Below the pieces are notes generated by a model, which was not told where the DNA came from, did no database searches, and saw nothing but the letters and a program-made list of their open reading frames with translations. A DNA stretch of 37,437 bases from an uncultured Thermoproteales archaeon (GTDB lineage Archaea; Thermoproteota; Thermoprotei; Thermofilales; B9-G17). Position 1 is the first letter of the stretch; every line of letters begins with the position of its first letter. Location: the NCBI GenBank assembly GCA_964550975.1, contig CAZKAY010000006.1:1-37437 (forward strand), read 5' to 3'. The translations under genes were made by a program, and so were the position numbers. Positions 1-7,149 of the stretch are shown here, one piece after another.

Positions 1-2
1 TT

Positions 3-1307
3 GTTGACAAAGAGTTCGAGTATAATAGAAATATATTAAATCTAAATATGGGGGATACTATAATTTTATCTGGAGTAAATAGTGATATAATTTTATCTTT
101 AATAGTATCAAACTTAATGGAAATAAACTGTAAATTCATATTAATAGACAGTAGTGGATTATATCAATATTTTTCTTCGGGCCAAATAAAGAAATATATT
201 ATAGGCTGGAACCTGGCTTTACCTTTAGAGATAATTGAGAAACATATTGGAGAGAAAAACATATTATTTGATATTTATACAAATATTTTCTCAATATTAT
301 TAAATATGGACAGCTATGAGAGGGTTATATTACAGAATATATTATTAAAGATACTTACAAAAAGAAGTAACTTAATAGAGGATCTGAGAAGCGAACTAGA
401 GAGTCTATTATATTTATCTACATATAGTATTAGAAAAAATTTTATCGAAAAATTTCTATCCATACTAGATATATTTACTCATAGTTTTATCTCCGTTACC
501 TTCCCATTGCAGGGTCAGATAGGCAGGTTTAATGAAACCTGCATATTTGACTATAGTTTAATTCCATCTTCCTTCAGAAACTTGGCACTACTTTTAAATT
601 TAATATTACTAGAAAAATGCGATTATCCAGTAATCATTATAGATTTAAATGGAATATATGAGAGAAATATTTTGATAAAAAACGAATTGTTTAGAAAAAT
701 TTTAAATGAATTCTGTAAAAGAGAGGACCATATAATTATAGTATCAGATAAAAATTTATCGTTTCTCTTAAAATTATGGTCAACGTCTATTAGAAATCTG
801 ATTTTAACTCAAATACATGATTTAGATGATATAAATATGCTATTTAAGATGGGTTTTTCCAGAGACCTTTTATTAAAATTATTATTGCTTGAAAGCGATA
901 GAGCACTAATTTTAGATACACATAATATTTATGAAACTAGAATAAATATTGAATCCTTTAAATATTTAAAAAATATACCGAAGAAATTTCCAAAGAAAAC
1001 ATTAAAGTATCCAGAATATCTTCCTAAAATATTTCTGTCAAATATCTTCGGTAGAAATGCTGAGATAATATACAGTTTACTAAGTTTTCTACGGGAAGGC
1101 GCAACTAATAGAGATGGAGTATTATCTTATCTTCAATATAAATATGGGTTGAAGACAAGTATTGCGTCTCAACTAATGGTAAAGGCAATGATATATAACC
1201 TTATTGAAGAGGTTGTGGGTAAGGATGGTAGATATTGGATAAGAATTACGTTAAAGGGTATTTCTGTTATGGAAGAATATGAGAAATATATGGGTGGGCT
1301 TAAATGA
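3..1307 (+). CDS. Degenerate HerA/FtsK/VirB4-like P-loop ATPase with C-terminal winged helix (probably 5'-truncated by the window edge)
   Basis: The frame is open from base 3 (VDKEFEYNRNILNLN) into the ATG at 48. HerA-like motif order is recognisable but decayed: ILSGVNSD (Walker A site, no GKS/T), FILIDSSGLY (cf. hhhDxxGEY), VIIIDLN (Walker B site, no DE), IIIVSD (cf. hhhhTQ), LESDRALI (cf. L..GEAhh). The C-terminal ~80 aa is wHTH-like (NLIEEVVGKDGRYWIRITLKG). Confidence 0.6.
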   Translation, partial: VDKEFEYNRNILNLNMGDTIILSGVNSDIILSLIVSNLMEINCKFILIDSSGLYQYFSSGQIKKYIIGWNLALPLEIIEKHIGEKNILFDIYTNIFSILLNMDSYERVILQNILLKILTKRSNLIEDLRSELESLLYLSTYSIRKNFIEKFLSILDIFTHSFISVTFPLQGQIGRFNETCIFDYSLIPSSFRNLALLLNLILLEKCDYPVIIIDLNGIYERNILIKNELFRKILNEFCKREDHIIIVSDKNLSFLLKLWSTSIRNLILTQIHDLDDINMLFKMGFSRDLLLKLLLLESDRALILDTHNIYETRINIESFKYLKNIPKKFPKKTLKYPEYLPKIFLSNIFGRNAEIIYSLLSFLREGATNRDGVLSYLQYKYGLKTSIASQLMVKAMIYNLIEEVVGKDGRYWIRITLKGISVMEEYEKYMGGLK

Positions 1308-1651
1308 TAAAGATTAAACAATATAGCAATGGGTTCTCATGGCCAATAATACTTATTGATAAGGGATGGATCTATGGCGAGATAAAGATGATTTCGATGA
1401 AACGTAGGGTTAGAGTAGTTAGAAAAATATTTTTAGTATCAAAGAGAAATAAGCGAATGGAGGAAATTTTTGTAGAATATTATTCTCCTAGAGACTTTAT
1501 GATAATCCTTGATAATGCGTATAAGATTATATCATACTATCTAGATAAAAAACATCCCATTGATATTGTATATAGAGATATAGAATCCTTAATTTCATCG
1601 TTGAATTTATTTAGAAAATATTTAGAGGAGATAGATTATGATGGAAGATAA
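1304..1651 (+). CDS. Hypothetical protein, 115 aa, basic beta-rich N-half and helical C-half
   Basis: ATGA overlap with the upstream stop, GGTGGG RBS-like sequence upstream, and overlap with the downstream gene. No family recognised. Confidence 0.7.
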   Translation: MIKIKQYSNGFSWPIILIDKGWIYGEIKMISMKRRVRVVRKIFLVSKRNKRMEEIFVEYYSPRDFMIILDNAYKIISYYLDKKHPIDIVYRDIESLISSLNLFRKYLEEIDYDGR

Positions 1652-2591
1652 ACAATTTCTTGAAGACATACCTGGAGTAGGTAGGGTTACGGCAAAAAGA
1701 CTTAGGGATGCTGGAATATTAAGTATAAAGCATTTATCTCTATATACTATTGATGAACTTGTAGATATAACCGGAATGGATCCAATAAGACTTTCGTCAA
1801 TACTTTCCTATGCAAGAAAAATTATCGGATTTAAAGTAAATAACGCGTCATCCTATATGAAATATCGTAGCTCCTTGCCTAGAATAACTACCGGAGTAAA
1901 TGGATTAGATAGAATTCTCCAAGGAGGATTGGAGGCCAGAGCTATATATGAATTTGCTGGGGAATTCGGTACAGGTAAAACTCAGATATGCCACCAATTA
2001 GCTGTAACTGTTCAACTAACTAGGAATAGAGGTGGTATTGGAGGTTCATGCCTATATATAGACACTGAAGGTACATTTAGTCCACCTAGAATTAAAGATA
2101 TTGCAGAAAGATTTGAGATAGAAAATGTACTGGAAAACATATATACTATTGAAGCTATAAACGTTGATCATCTAATAGAATGTATTAGAACTGAAGCTGT
2201 AAATCTAGTTGAGAAGAACAATGTATCATTAATAATCATCGATTCATTGATAAGTCATTTTAGAGCAGAATATACTGGTAGAGAGAAACTAGCATTAAGG
2301 CAGCAGAGATTAAATTACCTAATAGATTGGCTTCTAAGAATAGCCAGAGTATATAACGTATATATCGTTGTTACAAATCAAGTTATGGACGTACCTAATG
2401 CTTGGAGGGCGGGGCAGAAAATTCCAACTGGAGGAAATATTATAGCTCATGGAATGACTCATAGAATATTATTGACGCGTGAAAGAGGCGTAGAAAAAGC
2501 TATGATAATAGATTCTCCATACTTGCCTTATGGGGATTTCATATATTTTGAAATTTATGAGGGAGGTGTAAGAGATGTGGATAAAAAGTGA
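1638..2591 (+). CDS. Second full-length RadA/Rad51-family recombinase (RadA paralog)
   Basis: N-terminal HhH (LEDIPGVGRVTAKRL), Walker A GEFGTGKT, YIDTEGTF, Walker B LIIIDS, L1 FRAEYTGREKLALRQQ, VVTNQV, GGNIIAH, DSP. GAGGAG RBS upstream. Confidence 0.93.
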   Translation: MMEDKQFLEDIPGVGRVTAKRLRDAGILSIKHLSLYTIDELVDITGMDPIRLSSILSYARKIIGFKVNNASSYMKYRSSLPRITTGVNGLDRILQGGLEARAIYEFAGEFGTGKTQICHQLAVTVQLTRNRGGIGGSCLYIDTEGTFSPPRIKDIAERFEIENVLENIYTIEAINVDHLIECIRTEAVNLVEKNNVSLIIIDSLISHFRAEYTGREKLALRQQRLNYLIDWLLRIARVYNVYIVVTNQVMDVPNAWRAGQKIPTGGNIIAHGMTHRILLTRERGVEKAMIIDSPYLPYGDFIYFEIYEGGVRDVDKK

Positions 2592-2901
2592 TGAGAATTA
2601 TCTGAAATTACTTAGAGAAAAATTTCCATATAAAAGTAATTCATGGTTTAATAGATGTTTAAAGAGGATAAATAATGTTCATCGATTAAATAAAAATACA
2701 TGGTTTATTAGAGGTTCGTCGTCTCTCGGAGATAGAAGACAATACTATATTGTAACATATGATATGGCTAAGAACAAATATTATTGTACATGCTATGATA
2801 CTTTTAGTCCGGGAGGAAATAGAAGGAGAAGAGAAGTATGTTCACATGTCGGGGCAGTAATATTATATCAAATAATTCTACAGAAAAGGTTGAATATATG
2901 A
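2575..2901 (+). CDS. SWIM zinc-finger protein (SWS1/Shu2-like architecture)
   Basis: YYCTC-x15-CSHVGAV (CxC...CxH) preceded by beta strands WFIRG...YYIVTY. GGAGGTG RBS upstream; overlaps the end of the radA paralog. Confidence 0.88.
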   Translation: MWIKSDENYLKLLREKFPYKSNSWFNRCLKRINNVHRLNKNTWFIRGSSSLGDRRQYYIVTYDMAKNKYYCTCYDTFSPGGNRRRREVCSHVGAVILYQIILQKRLNI

Positions 2902-3317
2902 TGAAGATATTTATTGGAAGTATTACTGCAATACACCGCCATATTCTTAATATAGGGATTAATAAAAAAGTATATATTATAACTGATAACCCCAGTTATT
3001 TTAAATTAAAAAATAGATCAAACTTTTCAATATTTATCATAAATTCTTTAGATATAGATATTTCTTTAACAGACATTAAAGAAATAAATTTCATAATTAT
3101 TGAAGTAAATCACTTACTACTGTATTTAAAATATCGGTTTGGGGTTTCATTTATGAGAAGAATAGCTCATAGATTTTTTGAAAATTTTAAATCATTTAGT
3201 AAGGCTAATAATATAGAAATTTGGGTTTTTCTATACAAAAGTGATAATGACAAAGTTATATTTATGCCTAACTGGATTTTAGCTGAAAAAATTTATTTAG
3301 ATGAGAATAATGGATGA
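2898..3317 (+). CDS. Minimal, probably inactive RecA/Rad51-fold protein
   Basis: The likely start is the ATG at 2898 (ATGA overlap with the SWIM stop) rather than 2838. The strand/helix pattern tracks the RadA core: KIFIGS / KKVYIITD / FSIFIINS / NFIIIEVNHLL / RRIAHRFFENFKSFSKANNIEIWVF / AEKIYL. No Walker A lysine. Confidence 0.55.
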   Translation: MMKIFIGSITAIHRHILNIGINKKVYIITDNPSYFKLKNRSNFSIFIINSLDIDISLTDIKEINFIIIEVNHLLLYLKYRFGVSFMRRIAHRFFENFKSFSKANNIEIWVFLYKSDNDKVIFMPNWILAEKIYLDENNG

Positions 3318-3678
3318 TGAGAAGATCTTTATATGTCCAATCTGTGGAAAAATATTTTACAATAATATAGGATTAAATAGACATTTGTCTAGAACACATT
3401 CAAACTATTGTTTTATAATTAACTCTCCTTTTCTTATAAAGGTATTAATGAAGATGGAAAAAAATATAGAGGTGCTTAAAAATATAGATAAGATTATCGA
3501 TATATTAGGGTCTATACAGCTGATACTCAGAGATATTAGAGAACAATTATCTATTAATCCTCCAACATACAGTTCCCAAAGTGATGTTAATAGAAAGGAG
3601 GTTAATGAAAATATTCCCTCGTTCTTGGTAGAAAATCCATGGATAAAGGTACTGTCTAGAAAGGGAAGGAAAGTCTAA
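3301..3678 (+). CDS. C2H2 zinc-finger protein with coiled-coil-like helix and C-terminal PSFxxxNPW motif
   Basis: FICPICGKIFYNNIGLNRHLSRTH is a classical C2H2 finger, followed by an amphipathic helix, a polar linker and IPSFLVENPWIKVLSRKG. Overlaps the upstream gene; the start may be 3310. Confidence 0.8.
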   Translation: MRIMDDEKIFICPICGKIFYNNIGLNRHLSRTHSNYCFIINSPFLIKVLMKMEKNIEVLKNIDKIIDILGSIQLILRDIREQLSINPPTYSSQSDVNRKEVNENIPSFLVENPWIKVLSRKGRKV

Positions 3679-3722
3679 CAAAAAATATTACGAAGGAAGA
3701 ATATATATGATTGGTGAATAAA

Positions 3723-4190
3723 GTGGATGAGGAAGAGAAGATAGCTCGCGCCGTTGGAGATAAAACTAGACTAAATATATTGAAGTTATTAAATAAGTTA
3801 GGTCCATTATCTACAAGCGAGCTCACAGAGAAACTTAATAAGCATAGGTCTACGATCATAAGGCATATACTTATTTTACAGGATGCTGGACTAATAACTA
3901 AAAATAGTGAATTATCATATACTTATACTATAACTAGTAGAGGTAAGAAATTTCTGGAACTTGCTTCAACTGAAGGTAGTGTAAAGATAGAAGTACCAGT
4001 GAAAAAACGGAGAGTTTTTTCGTTTAACATATTAAGAAACTTGCTTCATATACCTACTCTAATATTTTTATCATTGGGGTTTATCGGAATGTTTGCTCCA
4101 GTTGAAGTAAGTATTTTATCCAGAATATTATGGTTTATAATATTTACTTTAATATCTTTTCTTTGGGAAATTTTTATCAAGCGATTATAA
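3723..4190 (+). CDS. ArsR-like winged-helix regulator with two C-terminal transmembrane helices
   Basis: DKTRLNILKLL...STSELTEKLNKHRSTIIRHILILQDAGLI...YTITSRG, then two hydrophobic segments. GGTGA at 3713-3717 favours the GTG start at 3723 over 3711. Confidence 0.85.
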   Translation: MDEEEKIARAVGDKTRLNILKLLNKLGPLSTSELTEKLNKHRSTIIRHILILQDAGLITKNSELSYTYTITSRGKKFLELASTEGSVKIEVPVKKRRVFSFNILRNLLHIPTLIFLSLGFIGMFAPVEVSILSRILWFIIFTLISFLWEIFIKRL

Positions 4191-5084
4191 CTGTATATAG
4201 GAGGATAGAGTATAGCTTAGATAAAATATTATAAATGTTACTATAAATGATCTTTCAATGCTTAACCCCCTAAATATGGATATCGATATCGTTAAGAATC
4301 CTATTGTAAAGACCTGTAATATTAATCTATATATTACTGTCAAAACTATATATCCTATAAATGTTTGAGGGAAAATGAGATATAGATAAGGATATAAAAA
4401 TATTGGAAACATTGCTACAAGAATAACTAAGATGAATTCTGGTCGATGAGTTTTTGAACCTAGGAGATACGAAAGAATTTCTGATAAAAGTGTAATGAAT
4501 ATCCAGCTCTTCAATATACTTAAACTAATCCATATTTTTAGTGGAAGAACAATATTATAGGAAAAGAAGCTTAGCGTAACATAATTTTTATGAATTAAAT
4601 CAATTGATATCAACGAATATTCTAGCAGATTTAATTTTAGATATGCAATTACATTCCCTGATACACCTATTGACACAGAAATTAATGCAAGTATGATTGT
4701 ATATAGATAATTATTATACATTTTTGTGAAGAAGCTTTCAGGAAGAAGTATTTTACCGATAGATCTTTCAAATAACTCCAACATTATATGCTTAGGTCTA
4801 ACTATTTCCTCAATTCTACTCGATTCTCTTTTAATTAATTTAAATGTTTTTAATCCCTTAGGTGTAAGGAAATATCTTTTATTTTTATCCTGAGATATAT
4901 ATCCCCTCAATTGATCTAAATTATAGTATAATGTCCCTACGCTAGTCTTTAAATGTCTTTTAAGTTCTGTAAATGTTGTAGGGCCTTTATTGCCCAATAA
5001 TAATATGATTTTGCGTCTGCATGTATTTCCAAGTATACTATATATTTCTGAAATTTCACTTTCTATTTCAGCTTTACCCACCAT
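4185..5084 (-). CDS. Winged-helix regulator fused to a multi-pass (Yip1-like) membrane domain
   Basis: LGNTCRRKIILLLG...TFTELKRHLKTSVGTLYYNLDQL...YFLTPKG, then about 5 hydrophobic segments. GGTGAG RBS. Confidence 0.8.
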   Translation of the reverse strand: MVGKAEIESEISEIYSILGNTCRRKIILLLGNKGPTTFTELKRHLKTSVGTLYYNLDQLRGYISQDKNKRYFLTPKGLKTFKLIKRESSRIEEIVRPKHIMLELFERSIGKILLPESFFTKMYNNYLYTIILALISVSIGVSGNVIAYLKLNLLEYSLISIDLIHKNYVTLSFFSYNIVLPLKIWISLSILKSWIFITLLSEILSYLLGSKTHRPEFILVILVAMFPIFLYPYLYLIFPQTFIGYIVLTVIYRLILQVFTIGFLTISISIFRGLSIERSFIVTFIIFYLSYTLSSYIQL

Positions 5085-5155
5085 CTCACCATTTCATCGA
5101 TTAACTATTTATTTAAGAAAATGATATAAAAATATGACCTTAGGTAGATGGGTTT

Positions 5156-5884
5156 ATGAATATAGGGTTAAGTAGAGATATAAAATTTATACCTGAAATG
5201 GAGGCCATAGAATCTATTCCATTTTTTAGAAACCTATACTTTGAAATAGTAGTTTCTCAAAAATATTTAGAAGATATATCTATATCAGAGATAATAGATC
5301 TATGTGAATTTACTAGCGATGTAAATATAATTGGAATAAGATTATCTTCAAATATTTTATATGATTTAGATTTAGTTGAAAAAAGTCTATATATTTTAGA
5401 CGAGCTTAAAGCAAAATTTCTTGTAGTCCCATTTTTTACGAATTCTAAGTATCAGGTAAAGGATATGGATAAAATATTTGAACTAACAGCTAATTATAAT
5501 AAAACTATCTGTATAGAAACTTTATCTTCCAAATTTTTTTTACCAATAAAGTACATAACAGAAATGATCGATAAATATACTAAATCGGTATTCGGTATAG
5601 CATATAATATGTATTACAATAGAATGAATAAAAACATGTTTAACGAGATAGGTGAAAATATAGAGTATATAAAAATCCTATATTTTATGAATTTTTATAA
5701 AGAGAATAAGCTAAATATATTGGATAACATGGGTGAAATAAATATATTTAGATTAATAAGATATCTTCATAGATATAAATTTAGATACTTTCTCATTCTA
5801 GATTATCCAGATATAACAATATATAACTTGATTAACGATATAGAGAAAATAATGGAATTTCTTTTTTCTATAAAAGAGAAATAA
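5156..5884 (+). CDS. Divergent xylose-isomerase/AP-endonuclease-2-like TIM-barrel protein
   Basis: Pattern LKAKFLVV...ANYNKTICIET...FGIAYN...YIKILYF...GEINIFRLIRYL...YFLILDY matches the family scaffold, but the metal ligands are largely substituted. Confidence 0.55.
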   Translation: MNIGLSRDIKFIPEMEAIESIPFFRNLYFEIVVSQKYLEDISISEIIDLCEFTSDVNIIGIRLSSNILYDLDLVEKSLYILDELKAKFLVVPFFTNSKYQVKDMDKIFELTANYNKTICIETLSSKFFLPIKYITEMIDKYTKSVFGIAYNMYYNRMNKNMFNEIGENIEYIKILYFMNFYKENKLNILDNMGEINIFRLIRYLHRYKFRYFLILDYPDITIYNLINDIEKIMEFLFSIKEK

Positions 5885-5888
5885 ATAC

Positions 5889-6137
5889 TTACTTCGTCTT
5901 TAAAAGTTCCTTTTTCTTCTCCCCAGTTGATTTCGATATAACCCATCCTATCCAAGCTGTAAAGAAGACTAGGAAGAAAACTATTGACGAAACCGGTATA
6001 ATTATTATCCACCATGTCCACCAGAAAGTGCTAGTCATAATTTCATATTTCAGCCATAGAATGAGGGAAAAAATATAGAAGAAACCTATGGAAAAAGAGA
6101 TAAACATAATTAGGTATCCCCATCTATGGCTTCTCAC
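5889..6137 (-). CDS. Small two-TM membrane protein
   Basis: Two hydrophobic helices and a basic tail. AGGTG RBS before the GTG start; last gene of the SPFH operon. Confidence 0.7.
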   Translation of the reverse strand: MRSHRWGYLIMFISFSIGFFYIFSLILWLKYEIMTSTFWWTWWIIIIPVSSIVFFLVFFTAWIGWVISKSTGEKKKELLKTK

Positions 6138-6153
6138 AGAGACACCTATATAA

Positions 6154-7149
6154 TCACTTTACTGGTTTGCCGCATTTAGGACAGAACTTTGCATCCGGTG
6201 GAAGAGGAGTACCACAATATGGGCAATATTTAGTAGCTGAAAGCTTTGTACCACAATATGGACAATACTGAAAGCTTGCATCGATTTCTCTACCGCATTT
6301 CGGGCATCTTACCCTTTGCGTAGCTGGTGGTGGTGGAGGAGGTGTTGTTGATGGGGGTGCGGTAGTTGTCGGTGGTGGACCTAAAATAGGCGGTATCATA
6401 ACCATTCCAGCGCCTAATCCTGCTCCAGGAGATTTTCCTAATTCTTTCGCCATCGCTGTAGCTGTTTCCATTCTTAGCACATAAGATGCCTGACCTCCAG
6501 TTTGTTTGATCCAGAATAATCTTTCTCTATACTCTTCTGTAGTATCTATTCCCTCAAATTTTAGATCGATTAAATCGAGTCCTATTCTTTTAAATTCTTC
6601 TCCTACAGCTACTTTACTCTTAAACGAAACTTCCTCTATTTTCGTGAAAACAGTTATTAAGTTATACTTAGATAATTGTGTTATCATCCTTTCATTAATA
6701 TACCCTCTAATAAAATCATTTATACCCTCTGTTTCATATATCCCTTGTCCACCAACAACTTCCATAACAAATAGCTTGGGATCGCCTATCTTAAACCAGA
6801 AGGATCCATAAAACTTTAATGGAGCTAGATCTATTGTTTGAGCCTGTCCACCGAATTTACCTCTGAACTGTTTTGTAGAAATAAATATAACTGTAGCTTT
6901 AAATGGGGACTCCGGGTATCCAGCGATAGAGGTTATAGCTTTAGTGATTAAGGGTATATTTAATGTAGTTAGTGTATGTCTACCTGGGCCTAATACATCA
7001 TAAGCCTTTCCATCTCTGAAAAATACTGCTACTTCATATTCATGGACTATTAGTTGTGCACCCCATTCTATAGTTTCATCGGGATATCTCCATACAATAT
7101 CATTTTCCCCAGGATTTTTCCATTCAATTACCTGTGGCATATCATACAC
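6154..7149 (-). CDS. SPFH/Band-7 domain protein (YdjI-like) with Pro-rich linker and double zinc ribbon
   Basis: IVWRYP...GAQLIVHEYEVAVFFRDGK...GPGRHTLTTLNIP...SPFKATVIF; GAGLGAGM motif; four C-terminal CPxCG knuckles. Confidence 0.9.
   Translation of the reverse strand: MYDMPQVIEWKNPGENDIVWRYPDETIEWGAQLIVHEYEVAVFFRDGKAYDVLGPGRHTLTTLNIPLITKAITSIAGYPESPFKATVIFISTKQFRGKFGGQAQTIDLAPLKFYGSFWFKIGDPKLFVMEVVGGQGIYETEGINDFIRGYINERMITQLSKYNLITVFTKIEEVSFKSKVAVGEEFKRIGLDLIDLKFEGIDTTEEYRERLFWIKQTGGQASYVLRMETATAMAKELGKSPGAGLGAGMVMIPPILGPPPTTTAPPSTTPPPPPPATQRVRCPKCGREIDASFQYCPYCGTKLSATKYCPYCGTPLPPDAKFCPKCGKPVK

Noticed and set aside
2838-2897. ORF-track N-terminal extension of the 159-aa ORF
   Set aside because: It overlaps the SWIM CxH coding region; the ATGA-coupled start at 2898 is more plausible.
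3656-3859. 67-aa minus-strand ORF
   Set aside because: Antisense shadow of the wHTH regulator.
5803-6021. 72-aa minus-strand ORF
   Set aside because: Alternate frame overlapping two better-supported genes.
6322-6380. GGT-rich repeat-like tract
   Set aside because: Encodes the Pro/Thr linker of the SPFH protein; not an independent repeat element.
6506-6811. 101-aa plus-strand ORF
   Set aside because: Antisense to the SPFH gene; no motif.
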